Source: an uncultured Kiloniellales bacterium (GTDB lineage Bacteria; Pseudomonadota; Alphaproteobacteria; Kiloniellales; JAKSDN01). From it: 64,000 nucleotides of DNA. The position numbers and the translations under genes were made by a program. Of this stretch, positions 34,787 through 44,452 are shown piece by piece. Location of the stretch: NCBI GenBank assembly GCA_947258885.1, contig CAMYKD010000001.1, positions 102 through 64,101 of the forward strand, written 5' to 3'. A model generated the notes under the pieces. The model was not told the origin of the DNA, searched no databases, and saw nothing but the letters and a program-made list of their open reading frames with translations. Every line of letters begins with the position of its first letter. The stretch's first letter is position 1.

Positions 34787-36208
34787 ATGGGCGGGTTTTC
34801 ACAGTTGGGTACTACCACTGGAAGTCTGATCGAGGAGCTGCAGCAACTCCGCGAGTATCGGCTTTATGGGCGCGTCGCCGGCGTCCTGGGCCTGCTCGTC
34901 GAGGTGGCCGGCTTGGATCGAGTCCTTTCGGTCGGCTCGCGCTGCAATCTGGTGGCGCGCGACGGCCGGCGCGTGGTCAGCGAGGTGATCGGCTTTCGGC
35001 AGGGACGTGCCCTCCTGATGCCGTTCGGGACGGTCGATGGTATCGGCCTTGGCTGCAAGGCGGAGCTGGCGGACTCGGATCCCGTGATCCGGCCGACCGA
35101 GGCCTGGCTCGGCCGGGTCGTGAACGCGCTCGGCCAGCCGCTGGACGGCAAGGGGCCGTTGCCCTTGGGGCGCGCGGCCCATCGCTTGCACGGCGCGCCG
35201 CCGCCGGCGCACCGACGTCGGCGGGTCGGCGGCAAGATGGACCTCGGCGTCAGGGCCATCAACACGTTCCTGACCTGCTGCCGCGGTCAGCGCATGGGGA
35301 TCTTCTCGGGGTCCGGCGTCGGCAAGTCCATTCTGTTGTCCATGCTCGCGCGCTACACCGCCTCGAACGTCAACGTTATCGGACTGATCGGCGAACGTGG
35401 CCGCGAGGTTCAGGAGTGGCTGGAAGACGACTTGGGGCCAGAGGGTCTGGCCCGTTCCGTGGTTGTGGTCGCAACCTCCGATGAACCGCCGCTCATGCGC
35501 CGCCAGGCCGCCTATCTGACCATGGCGCTGGCCGAGTTCTTCCGCGACCAGGGCGAGGACGTGCTCTGCCTGATGGATTCGATCACCCGTTTCGCCATGT
35601 CGCTGCGCGAGATCGGGCTGTCCGCGGGCGAGCCGCCGGCCGCCAAGGGCTATACCCCCTCGGTTTTCGCCGAACTCCCCCGGCTTCTCGAGCGCGCGGG
35701 GCCGGGCGTGGATCGCGGATCGATCACCGGGCTCTTCTCCGTCCTGGTGGAAGGAGACGATCACAACGAGCCGGTCGCCGACGCGGTGCGCGGGATCCTG
35801 GACGGCCACGTCGTTCTCGAGCGTTCGATCGCCGAGCGCAACCGCTTTCCGGCGGTGAACGTCTTGCGCAGTGTTTCCCGCACCATGCCGGACTGCAATA
35901 GCCGGGCGGAGAACGAGGTCGTGAACCGGGCACGCGGGCTGTTGTCGACCTATGAGAACATGGCCGAGCTGATCCGCATCGGCGCCTACAAACCGGGAAG
36001 CGATCAGGCCATCGACGAGGCGATCCGGTACTACCCGCGGATCGAGGCCTTTCTGGCCCAGGATCGCGCCGAGCGCAGCGATTTCGAAACCGCCTATACC
36101 GAACTGGCGGAAATCCTCGGCCTGTCGGTGCCGGACAATCCGGACTCGGCGGCAAGCTCCACCGGGGCGAGCGGCGCGGAGCCGAAGCATGACGTGAGAG
36201 CGGCGTGA
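34787..36208 (+). CDS. fliI: flagellar export ATPase FliI
   Basis: Walker A GIFSGSGVGKSILLSMLAR, Walker B VLCLMDSITRFA, F1/T3SS ATPase family. Confidence 0.95.
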   Translation: MGGFSQLGTTTGSLIEELQQLREYRLYGRVAGVLGLLVEVAGLDRVLSVGSRCNLVARDGRRVVSEVIGFRQGRALLMPFGTVDGIGLGCKAELADSDPVIRPTEAWLGRVVNALGQPLDGKGPLPLGRAAHRLHGAPPPAHRRRRVGGKMDLGVRAINTFLTCCRGQRMGIFSGSGVGKSILLSMLARYTASNVNVIGLIGERGREVQEWLEDDLGPEGLARSVVVVATSDEPPLMRRQAAYLTMALAEFFRDQGEDVLCLMDSITRFAMSLREIGLSAGEPPAAKGYTPSVFAELPRLLERAGPGVDRGSITGLFSVLVEGDDHNEPVADAVRGILDGHVVLERSIAERNRFPAVNVLRSVSRTMPDCNSRAENEVVNRARGLLSTYENMAELIRIGAYKPGSDQAIDEAIRYYPRIEAFLAQDRAERSDFETAYTELAEILGLSVPDNPDSAASSTGASGAEPKHDVRAA

Positions 36209-36630
36209 CGGCACTGGACAGCATGGTCCGGGTGCACCGCTGGGTGCTCGACGAAAAACAGCGGAAGCTGGCCGACCTCCAGGCTTTCAGGGACAAGCTC
36301 ACGGAAGATTTGAACGCTCTCGACCGGGATATCGAGGCCGAACGCGAGGCGGCCGGCCAGTCCGACGAAGCGGGTTCGGTCTTTCCGGCCTTCGTCGCCG
36401 CGGCCCTCGACCGGCGCAAGAAACTCTGCGAGACCATTGCCAATCTCGGGACTGAAACCGAGGCCGCCCGCGAGGACGTGGCGGAGGCGTTCAGCGAGCT
36501 CAAGAAATACGAGCTGGCGCTGAAGAATCAGGACCTACAGGAATCCACCCAGCGCGGCCGACGCGAGCGAATGAATCTCGATGAACTCGGGGTGAGCATC
36601 TATCGCCGCAACCGCGCCGGCGGCGATTGA
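36205..36630 (+). CDS. fliJ: flagellar export chaperone FliJ (alphaproteobacterial type)
   Basis: 141-aa coiled-coil protein with a GTGA overlap to the fliI stop. ELKKYELALKN motif. Confidence 0.7.
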   Translation: MTALDSMVRVHRWVLDEKQRKLADLQAFRDKLTEDLNALDRDIEAEREAAGQSDEAGSVFPAFVAAALDRRKKLCETIANLGTETEAAREDVAEAFSELKKYELALKNQDLQESTQRGRRERMNLDELGVSIYRRNRAGGD

Positions 36631-36674
36631 CGCCGAAGGTATGATACCAAGGACCAAGATCAGTGACATTGGTA

Positions 36675-38165
36675 TCAGGCCAGGAGCCCGGCCCCGGCTT
36701 CGCCGCTGCTTTCCAGCGGAACGAAGGACCAGTCGCCGGACGCCTGGAAGCTGATTTGTCCCTGGTGGCCCGCGGCGCCGTTGGCATCGTCGAAGATCTC
36801 GGCGATGTCCCGGCGCATTTCATCGGTCAGTGGATGACGGGTGCGCAGGATCAGGTCGAAACGCCGGTCCCGGACCAGCCCATCCAATTGCATGTCTCCG
36901 ATCCGCGACAACTCGACATCGAGTATGAACCGGGTCGCGCCGTCGCCTTCCTCCGCGTCGCCGCCGCCTCGCGCCGTCCGTCGGCGGCGCAGAAACAGGC
37001 GGAGTTGGTGGACCTGGGTTCCGTCGAGGAGCGGGATGGGCAGGAAACGCCATTCGCTGCCGGCGGTCTCGCTCAGTCGCCCGAGCTGGACCAGATCCAA
37101 GTTCAGGCGTGCCAAGAGGTCGCCGCGCCCGGCCCGCTCGAGCGCCCCGGCCGCTTGTCCGCCGAGCCAGCCGCGCAGGTCGCCGCCGCTCAACGCCTGG
37201 AGAAAATACAGGATCGTCGAGGCCAGGCGCGGGCCCGGCTGGGGCACCCTTGGCGCCGCGGTCGGGGAGGGTGCCGTCGTCCCGCCCGGTTTCTCCAGAA
37301 GCTCCAGCGCCTCGTCCAGAGCGGGCCAGCCGAAGGCCAGGGCGGCAGACCGCGCGGCGCCGCCCGCCATGGTCTGGCTTCGTAACGGGCTCACGCTCAG
37401 CAACTCCAGCAGCAGCCGCGTGCCGCTCGGCAGGGGGGCTTTCAGGCCGAGGACGAGGGTGCCCAGCGCGGTATCCACCACGGGCTCGCCCGCTCTCGTC
37501 AGCCCCGCGACCAGGCCCGGGATTGTCTGGCCCGCACCGCTCCCGGCGGCACCTGTCGGCGCCGCGACGTTGCCTCCTGGCAGGCCAGGCGGCCGGCCCG
37601 GTTGCGGCACGGCGGGCGCCTCGACCCGGAGCACCCGCAGCGTCAGCCGGCCGCCCTGGACGAGGGCCAGACCGGGGAAGCCCGTCCCCCCCGTGGCGGC
37701 GCTTTGTGCCGGCAGGGACTGGAGCACGGCCTGGAGGCTCTGGCCGAGTGTCAGGACATCCGCCGCGCCGCCCAGGCCGGCAGCCACCCCCGGACCGCCT
37801 GCCTGCCCCGTGGTGGCTGGCTGGGCGTGGGCCGGCTGGGCGGGGGCGGGCTGGGCGTGGGCCGGCTGGCCGTCGACCTGCATGATCACGATGTGCAACC
37901 GCGATCCGGCGGTGCGAACCTGCAGCGTAACCTGATTGCCGACGGCGAGCTGGGCATGGGTCGAGACCACGAGCGTACCCAGATCGGTGCGCACCAGGGC
38001 GCGGTTGTGGCCGTCCAGGCGGATCACCGTGCCGTGCAAGATGGCGCCGCCGGGCAGCTGGGCCGCGGCCGGTGGCGGATTGGCGACCGTCCCGGGAACG
38101 CCCGCCGGGGCGGCCTGGGCCGCCGAGGCGTTCAATCCCAGCGAGGGCGGGACGACGTCGCTCAC
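36675..38165 (-). CDS. hypothetical Ala/Gly/Pro-rich protein, last gene of the fliF...flhG operon
   Basis: GTG start overlaps the flhG stop (GTGA). The C-terminal ~150 aa has balanced, globular-looking composition (RFILDVELSRIGDMQLDGLVRDRRFDLILRTRHPLTDEMRRDIAEIFDD). I recognise no family. Confidence 0.65.
   Translation of the reverse strand: MSDVVPPSLGLNASAAQAAPAGVPGTVANPPPAAAQLPGGAILHGTVIRLDGHNRALVRTDLGTLVVSTHAQLAVGNQVTLQVRTAGSRLHIVIMQVDGQPAHAQPAPAQPAHAQPATTGQAGGPGVAAGLGGAADVLTLGQSLQAVLQSLPAQSAATGGTGFPGLALVQGGRLTLRVLRVEAPAVPQPGRPPGLPGGNVAAPTGAAGSGAGQTIPGLVAGLTRAGEPVVDTALGTLVLGLKAPLPSGTRLLLELLSVSPLRSQTMAGGAARSAALAFGWPALDEALELLEKPGGTTAPSPTAAPRVPQPGPRLASTILYFLQALSGGDLRGWLGGQAAGALERAGRGDLLARLNLDLVQLGRLSETAGSEWRFLPIPLLDGTQVHQLRLFLRRRRTARGGGDAEEGDGATRFILDVELSRIGDMQLDGLVRDRRFDLILRTRHPLTDEMRRDIAEIFDDANGAAGHQGQISFQASGDWSFVPLESSGEAGAGLLA
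37821..37869. repeat. 19-nt exact direct repeat with 30-nt period inside the hypothetical ORF (encodes AQPAHAQPAPAQPAHAQPA)
   Basis: CTGGGCGTGGGCCGGCTGG at 37821..37839 and again at 37851..37869. Confidence 0.8.
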
Positions 38166-38971
38166 ACCGCCTCCACGAGCCGTTGCGCCAGCCGCTCCAC
38201 GCTCCGCGCAGCCGCCGCATTGGGATGGCGGGTCAGGATCGGCGTCTGGTTTCGGATCGAATCCTTCACCTTGCCGTCGCGCCGAATGATTCCAGCCAGC
38301 GGCGGGGTCGTCTTGAGGAAGGTTTCGCAGGCCTTGCCCAGGGTCGCATAGGTGCGCTCGCCCTCGCCTTCGGATTCGGCCATGTTGACCACGATCCTCA
38401 GGTCGGCCCTCGGGCTTTGCATCAGGGTCAGCTTGATGAAGGCATAGGCGTCGGTCATCGAGGTCGGCTCATCCGTGGTCACGACCAGGCAGGTGGCGGC
38501 CCGGGCCGCCAGCTGGCGTACGGTCCGCTCGATGCCGGCGCCAAGGTCCAGGATGACCCGGCGGTAGCCCGCCGAGACTCCCGCCAGTTCGTTGGTCAGC
38601 ATGGCCAGTTTTCCGGCCGGCAGGCTCGCCAGGCTACCTGAGCCCGATCGTCCTGCGATGATGTCGAACCGGCCCTCGTCATACTCCGTGGCGGCGCGGG
38701 CGAGGCTGTAGCGGCCGGTCAGTACGCCGCCCAGATCGTAGGCCGGGGCCAGGCCGAGCTGGATATCCACGTTGGCCAGGCCCAGGTCGCCGTCGAACAG
38801 CAAGGCCTTGTGTCCGGCGCGCGCCAGCGCGTGGCTCAAGGTGATGGCCAGCCAGGTCTTGCCGACGCCGCCCTTGCCGGAGGCGATGGCGATCATGTTG
38901 GGGCAGATCTGGTGATCCAGAAGGACCTCGGACGCGGGCGGCTGGGCCGGCAAGCCGACTATTTGACTCAT
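38162..38971 (-). CDS. flhG: MinD/ParA-family flagellar number regulator FlhG (FleN)
   Basis: Deviant Walker A IASGKGGVGKTWLAITLS. ATGA overlap with the flhF stop. Only the C-terminal 269 codons of track ORF 38162..40675 are genic. Confidence 0.88.
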   Translation of the reverse strand: MSQIVGLPAQPPASEVLLDHQICPNMIAIASGKGGVGKTWLAITLSHALARAGHKALLFDGDLGLANVDIQLGLAPAYDLGGVLTGRYSLARAATEYDEGRFDIIAGRSGSGSLASLPAGKLAMLTNELAGVSAGYRRVILDLGAGIERTVRQLAARAATCLVVTTDEPTSMTDAYAFIKLTLMQSPRADLRIVVNMAESEGEGERTYATLGKACETFLKTTPPLAGIIRRDGKVKDSIRNQTPILTRHPNAAAARSVERLAQRLVEAV

Positions 38972-39951
38972 CGCTGAATACCCATTGCTAGGGGTGTGGG
39001 GGCCGTCTCCCGCGCCGCGCCCGGCAGGATCAGGCGGGCGAGCGAAACCGGGTTGATTGCCGTCAGGCCGTCGCCGATGTTCGGCGACACGCCGGCGGCG
39101 GCCAAGGCGAGACGTCCGGCATCGGCCGCGCTGAGCACCCCGCCCAGTCGACGGGTCGTGTCCAGCTTGGTGGCGATCAGCCTGCCGGCGCCCGCTTCCG
39201 CGAAAGCCAGGGCGCATTCCGCCACCTCCAGGACGTCCCCGCCCGCGGCCAGGACGAGGACCAGGTCGGCGCCGACGGTCCTGGCGGCATCGGCCAGCCG
39301 GGTCCGTTCGGCATTGTCCAAGGGGTTGCAGCCGACCGTGTCGATGACCACCAGGTTCTTGCCGGGGCAAGCCTGCACCAACTCGCGAAGGGCCTCCGGG
39401 TCCGACGCCTGGCCGAGACCGGCGCCGAGCGCCTCGGCGAAGGTGCTGACCTGGGCCAGCCCGCCCGCTTTCGCCGTGTCCATGGTGATAAGAGTGCTGT
39501 GACGTTCCGCCAGCCGCGCCCGGGCGCAGATCTTTGCCGCCGTGGCGGTCTTTCCGGCCCCGGGCGGGCCGGCCAGCATGAGGGGCCGGCCGCTCTGGCT
39601 TTCCGGAGGCGCGGCGAAGGCGAGCACCGCATCGAGCGCGCCGGCCAAGGCCATGATGCCGTCGGCGGTCGCCAAATGCGCGGCGGCGCCGAGAAGGCGG
39701 TCGGCCAGCCCGGCGGGCACCCGGTGGTAATCCAGTCCCTCGCTCAGCTCGTCGATCGAGTCGAGTGCCTCGGCGGGACCGGCCAAGGCGAGCTCGTCGA
39801 GCGGGCTGTCCTCGAGCGCCGCGGTGACCTTGACCTTGCCGTCGCCGCCGTCGTGCTGGGTGGAAATGATCACCGCCTCGGGGCCTAGGTGTTCGCGCAC
39901 CAGTTTCATGGCCTCCGGTATGCTGGTCGCTATGAAACTCTTGAGCCGCAT
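38968..39951 (-). CDS. flhF: flagellar SRP-type GTPase FlhF
   Basis: MRLKSFIATSIPEAMKLVREHLGPEAVIIST, G1 LAGPPGAGKTATAAK, G3 DTVG, ATKLDTT. Confidence 0.9.
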   Translation of the reverse strand: MRLKSFIATSIPEAMKLVREHLGPEAVIISTQHDGGDGKVKVTAALEDSPLDELALAGPAEALDSIDELSEGLDYHRVPAGLADRLLGAAAHLATADGIMALAGALDAVLAFAAPPESQSGRPLMLAGPPGAGKTATAAKICARARLAERHSTLITMDTAKAGGLAQVSTFAEALGAGLGQASDPEALRELVQACPGKNLVVIDTVGCNPLDNAERTRLADAARTVGADLVLVLAAGGDVLEVAECALAFAEAGAGRLIATKLDTTRRLGGVLSAADAGRLALAAAGVSPNIGDGLTAINPVSLARLILPGAARETAPTPLAMGIQR

Positions 39952-39981
39952 GGTTGCTGGTCGTCTCCCACATGAACCCGG

Positions 39982-42096
39982 TCAGATCTGACCGAGGGTT
40001 TTGATCTTCACCTTGGGATGGATTTCGTTCTGTGACATCACTACGGTCGTCGGCCGGAACCGCTCGACGATCGAGCGCACGTAGGGCCGAATCCCGGGCG
40101 AGGAGAGCAAGGCGGGGCTCTCGCCCATGACGGCTTGGCGCTCGAAGGTGTCGCGAATCTCGGCGATGAAACCCTGGAGGGCCGAGGGCGCCATGGAGAG
40201 CTGGCGCTCGTCGCCCTCGCCCACCAGGGCCTCGGCGAAGGTCTGCTCCCACTTCGCCGAGAGCGTCACCAGCGGGATGAACCCCTCGGCGTTGACCTCG
40301 CCATAGGAGATCTGGCGGGCCAGACGCGAACGCACGTGCTCGGTGATGGCGGTCACGTTGCGGGTGTAGCCGCAGGCTTCGGAGATTCCCTCCAGAATGG
40401 TCGACAGGTCGCGGATCGAGACCCGTTCGGCCAGCAGGTTCTGGAGCACCCGCTGCACGCCGCCCAACGAGATCTGGCCCGGGATCATGTCGGCGATCAG
40501 TTTCTGTTGTTCCTGGTTCAGTTCGTCCAGCAGCTTCTGGGCCTCGGCATAGGACAGAAGCTCGGCCATGTTGTCCTTTACGATCTCGGTCAGGTGCGTC
40601 GTGATGACGGTCTGCGGATCGACCACGGTGTAGCCTCTGAACAACGCCTCTTCGCGCACCGACTCGTCCACCCACATGGCCGGCAGACCGAAGGTGGGCT
40701 CGACCGTCTGCTCGCCGGGCAGGCCGATCGCCTCGCCCCTGGGGTCCATGACCAGCAGCATGTTCGGACGCAGGTCGCCGCGCCCGGACTCGATCTCCTT
40801 GATGCGGATGACATAGGTATTGGCCGCGAGCTGGAGGTTGTCCTGGATCCTGACCGAGGGCAGGACGAAGCCCATATCCTGGGCCAGCTGGCGGCGCAGC
40901 GCCTTGATCTGGTCGGTGATCCTCTGGCCGCCCTGGTCGTTGATCAGGTTGAGCAGGCCGTAGCCCAGCTCGAGCCGCACGTGGTCGATCAGCAGCGCGT
41001 TGGCGATCGGCTCCTCGGCGGGCTTGACCGGCTCGCCGGCCAACGCCGCCTCCGCCTCGGCGGCCGTCTTGGCCTCGTTGCGCCGGGCGCTGGCCCAGGC
41101 CAGGCCGCCGGCGGTGGCCGAGAGCAGGACGAAGGGCAGGAACGGGATCCCCGGCAGCAGGGCCAGCGCCAGCATCAGGAAGGACGACAGGCCGAGCGCC
41201 CTCGGATAGGCGCCGAGCTGCCCGAACAGGGCCTTGTCGGTGGAGCCGACGGCGGCCGACTTGGACACCAGCAGGCCGGCCGCGGTCGAAACGATGATTG
41301 CCGGGATCTGGGTGACCAGGCCGTCGCCCACGGTGAGCACCGTATAGCTGTGGCTGGCCTCGCTCAGGCTCAGGTCCATCTGGGCCACGCCGATGACGAT
41401 ACCGCCGACGATATTGATGAAGGTGATCAGAAGTCCGGCAATGGCATCGCCGCGCACGAACTTCGCGGCGCCGTCCATGGCGCCGTAGAAGTTGCTCTCG
41501 TCCTCGAGCGACTTGCGGCGGGCGCGCGCCTCGTGCTCGTCGATCAGGCCGGCCGAGAGGTCGGCGTCGATCGCCATCTGCTTGCCGGGCATGGCATCCA
41601 GGCTGAACCTGGCCGAGACCTCGGCGATGCGTCCCGAGCCCTTGGTGATGACGACGAAGTTCACGATCACAAGGATGCCGAAGACGATGATCCCGATGAC
41701 GAAATTGCCGCTCATCACGAAGTTGCCGAAGGCCTGGATGACCTTTCCGGCGGCGTCCGGACCCTCGTGGCCCTGGGCCAGAATCAGGCGCGTGGACGCC
41801 AGATTGAGCGACAATCTCAGCATCGTGGCGATCAACAGGATCGTCGGGAAGGAGCTGAAATCCAGCGCCCTGTTGATGAACAGGACGGTCATCAGAATCA
41901 GGACCGAGAGGGTTATGGACATGGCCAGGGCGATGTCGAGCATCCAGCTCGGCATCGGCAGGATCAGGACTACGAGAATGCAGACGATGCCCAGCGCGAG
42001 CGCGATGTCGCCGCGCTTCAGGATTTCGCCCAGGCGATCGAACCCCGCGCCTCCGGCGAGTGCGTCGGTCTGGTCCTGGGTGCCGGTCTCGGCCAT
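39982..42096 (-). CDS. flhA: flagellar type III export gate protein FlhA
   Basis: 704 aa, with the conserved FHIPEP region (FPTILLIATMLRLSLNLASTRLIL...GNFVIGIIVF) and a cytoplasmic domain. Confidence 0.96.
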   Translation of the reverse strand: MAETGTQDQTDALAGGAGFDRLGEILKRGDIALALGIVCILVVLILPMPSWMLDIALAMSITLSVLILMTVLFINRALDFSSFPTILLIATMLRLSLNLASTRLILAQGHEGPDAAGKVIQAFGNFVMSGNFVIGIIVFGILVIVNFVVITKGSGRIAEVSARFSLDAMPGKQMAIDADLSAGLIDEHEARARRKSLEDESNFYGAMDGAAKFVRGDAIAGLLITFINIVGGIVIGVAQMDLSLSEASHSYTVLTVGDGLVTQIPAIIVSTAAGLLVSKSAAVGSTDKALFGQLGAYPRALGLSSFLMLALALLPGIPFLPFVLLSATAGGLAWASARRNEAKTAAEAEAALAGEPVKPAEEPIANALLIDHVRLELGYGLLNLINDQGGQRITDQIKALRRQLAQDMGFVLPSVRIQDNLQLAANTYVIRIKEIESGRGDLRPNMLLVMDPRGEAIGLPGEQTVEPTFGLPAMWVDESVREEALFRGYTVVDPQTVITTHLTEIVKDNMAELLSYAEAQKLLDELNQEQQKLIADMIPGQISLGGVQRVLQNLLAERVSIRDLSTILEGISEACGYTRNVTAITEHVRSRLARQISYGEVNAEGFIPLVTLSAKWEQTFAEALVGEGDERQLSMAPSALQGFIAEIRDTFERQAVMGESPALLSSPGIRPYVRSIVERFRPTTVVMSQNEIHPKVKIKTLGQI

Positions 42097-42134
42097 CTGT
42101 CGGTTCCGCCCGCCCTGAGACTCGCGCTCGGCGC

Positions 42135-43526
42135 TCAGGCCGGCGCCCGCTCGCTCTCGCGCGGCGACGGTATCTGAATGCCGTCCTGGCTATACAGCTT
42201 GAGCTTGTTGCGCAGGGTGCGGATCGAGATGCCGAGGATGTTTGCCGCGTGGGTCCTGTTGCCCAGGCAATGCTGAAGCGTGTCGAGGATGAGGTCGCGC
42301 TCCACGTCCGCCACGGTCCGACCGACGAGGTTCCGCAGGCCGCCGGGCGCGGCGCCCGGGGCGCGTTTCGCAGTGCCGGTATCGGCGCCGCCGTCGGCGT
42401 CCTGGGCCGCCGGATGCCCGCCCAGACGTTCGCCGGTCAGCAGAATCGAGTCCGCCGTGATCCGATCGTCGGACGCCAGCAGAACGGCCCGATGCATGGT
42501 GTTTTCCAGCTCGCGCACGTTGCCGCGCCAATAATGACCGGTCAGCACGGCCCAGGCCCCGGGATCGAGCGCGGGCTGCGCCACGGCGTTGGCCTCGGCG
42601 TACTTCTTGACGAAGTGCTTGGCCAGGACCTCGATGTCCTTTGGGCGTTGGCGCAAGGGCAGCAGGGCGATGTTCACGACGTTCAGGCGAAAATACAGGT
42701 CCTCGCGAAAGCGGCCCTTTCCCACCTCGACCTCGAGGTCCCGGTTCGACGTGGTCAGGAGGCGAATGTCGACCTTGATGGGCTGGGTGCCGCCGACCCG
42801 GTCGATCTCCAGTTCCTGAATCGCGCGTAGCAGCTTGGCCTGCAGGCGCGGGTCCATTTCCGAGATCTCGTCGAGCAGCAGGGTTCCGCCGTGGGCTTCT
42901 TCGAACTTGCCGATGCGCCGGGCCACGGCGCCCGTGAAGGCGCCTTTTTCGTGGCCGAACAGTTCCGATTCGAGCAGGTTGTCCGGGATCGCCGCGCAAT
43001 TGACCGACACGAAGGGCCTGCGGGATCGCTTGGATTTGCTGTGGAGGTAGCGCGCCATCACCTCCTTGCCGGTGCCCGACTCGCCGGTTATCAGCACGCT
43101 GGCGGTCGAGGGTGCGATCTGCCTGGCGAGCTTGAGCACCTCGGCCATCGCCGGATCGTGCGTGATGAAGGTGTCGGTCTCCTCGGTCACGGCCGCCAGC
43201 ACGGCGGCGATGAGCTCGGCGTCGGGCGGCAGCGGCACGTACTCCTTGGCGCCGGCGCGGATCGCTTTCACCGCCAGCTCGGTATCGGCCCCGATGCCGC
43301 AGGCCACGACCGGCACGGCGATCCTTTCGGATTGCAGTTGGGAGATCAGCTGGCCGATGTCGAGCGCCACATCGGCCATGATCAGGTCCGAGCCCTGTCC
43401 GGAACGGAGCGCCGTCAGTGCGGCCTCGATGTCCGGCGCGTGGGCGACTTTGGCGCCGCGTTCCAGGGCGATCTTGCCGGCGGTGGTGATGTGACCGTCT
43501 AGTGTGCCTACGATGAGAAGCCGCAT
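42135..43526 (-). CDS. flbD: sigma-54-dependent flagellar transcriptional activator FlbD
   Basis: AAA+ sigma-54 interaction domain (ITGESGTGKE...GAFTGA...ESELFGHEKGAFTG), C-terminal Fis-type HTH, and a receiver-like N-terminus MRLLIVGTLDG resembling Caulobacter FlbD as I recall it. Confidence 0.88.
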   Translation of the reverse strand: MRLLIVGTLDGHITTAGKIALERGAKVAHAPDIEAALTALRSGQGSDLIMADVALDIGQLISQLQSERIAVPVVACGIGADTELAVKAIRAGAKEYVPLPPDAELIAAVLAAVTEETDTFITHDPAMAEVLKLARQIAPSTASVLITGESGTGKEVMARYLHSKSKRSRRPFVSVNCAAIPDNLLESELFGHEKGAFTGAVARRIGKFEEAHGGTLLLDEISEMDPRLQAKLLRAIQELEIDRVGGTQPIKVDIRLLTTSNRDLEVEVGKGRFREDLYFRLNVVNIALLPLRQRPKDIEVLAKHFVKKYAEANAVAQPALDPGAWAVLTGHYWRGNVRELENTMHRAVLLASDDRITADSILLTGERLGGHPAAQDADGGADTGTAKRAPGAAPGGLRNLVGRTVADVERDLILDTLQHCLGNRTHAANILGISIRTLRNKLKLYSQDGIQIPSPRESERAPA

Positions 43527-43549
43527 GGAACGTCTCCGAATTCCTCTGG

Positions 43550-44410
43550 TCAGTCGAAATAGCTCACCCGCTGGGCGGGCGGCAGAACGGTGTTGAGCAT
43601 CATCTCGAGCCGCCTCGGATTCTCCCGGCGGCTGATCGACACGGCCCCGATGGCGTAGATCCGGTTGACCATGGTCTCGAACTGCGAGTTGCGTTCCAGC
43701 TTGCCGGCCAGCGGGTTGAAGAACATGTTCGCCAGCACGGCGCCGTAGAACGTGGTCAACAGCGCCACGGCCATGGCCGGACCGATCGAGGACGGATCCT
43801 CGAGGCTGCCCAACATCTGGACCAAGCCGACCAGGGTGCCGATCAGCCCCATGGCCGGGGCCACCTCGCCGGCGCGGCGCAGCACGCCGGCCGAACGCAG
43901 GTGTCGCTGGGCGGCGCCCGTTACCTCGCCGTTGAGGATTCGTTCGAGTTCCTCGCCGGGCAGGCCGTCCACGACCATCCCGATGGCACGGTGCAGGAAC
44001 GCGTGCTGGCTCAGGGCGGGAAATCTCTTTTGTAGGGTCAGCACGCCCTTGCGGCGCGATTGTTCGGCCAGGTCGAGCATCTGGAGCGCGGCGTCATGGG
44101 GTCGCTCGCCGCGATAGAAGACGGCGCGCAGCATGACGCTCTGGGCTCGCGCGACCTCCTCGAGGGTGAAGGAGATCGTCGTCACCAGGAACGTGCCGCC
44201 GAGTACGATCAGGATGCCGGGCAGGTTGACGAAGTTGCCGGCCGATCCGCCCAGGAACATGGCCAGGCCGATCATCGCGAACCCGCCGATCACGCCGATC
44301 AGGGTGGCGAGGTCGAGGCTTGCCGCCCGGTTCGGCGTGGCGGGCACACGCGATCGCACGCCTCGCGCGCCGCGTGTCCGCCGAGCTCCCGTGCCGCCGA
44401 TGCTTGCCAT
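43550..44410 (-). CDS. motA: flagellar stator protein MotA (MotA/TolQ/ExbB family)
   Basis: TM1 LATLIGVIGGFAMIGLAMFL and a C-terminal plug/channel region APAMGLIGTLVGLVQML...FYGAVLANMFFNPLAGKL. ATG 44410 preferred over GTG 44428. Confidence 0.85.
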   Translation of the reverse strand: MASIGGTGARRTRGARGVRSRVPATPNRAASLDLATLIGVIGGFAMIGLAMFLGGSAGNFVNLPGILIVLGGTFLVTTISFTLEEVARAQSVMLRAVFYRGERPHDAALQMLDLAEQSRRKGVLTLQKRFPALSQHAFLHRAIGMVVDGLPGEELERILNGEVTGAAQRHLRSAGVLRRAGEVAPAMGLIGTLVGLVQMLGSLEDPSSIGPAMAVALLTTFYGAVLANMFFNPLAGKLERNSQFETMVNRIYAIGAVSISRRENPRRLEMMLNTVLPPAQRVSYFD

Positions 44411-44452
44411 GGTCCTCTCGGTCTTCACGCGAAATCCGCTGGATACGGCTCC

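Noticed and set aside
38972-40675. Upstream ~570 codons of the 837-aa track ORF 38162..40675
   Set aside because: Only the last 269 codons (FlhG) are genic. The rest is an out-of-frame read-through over flhF and the flhA 3' end, with Arg/Gly/Pro-rich sequence.
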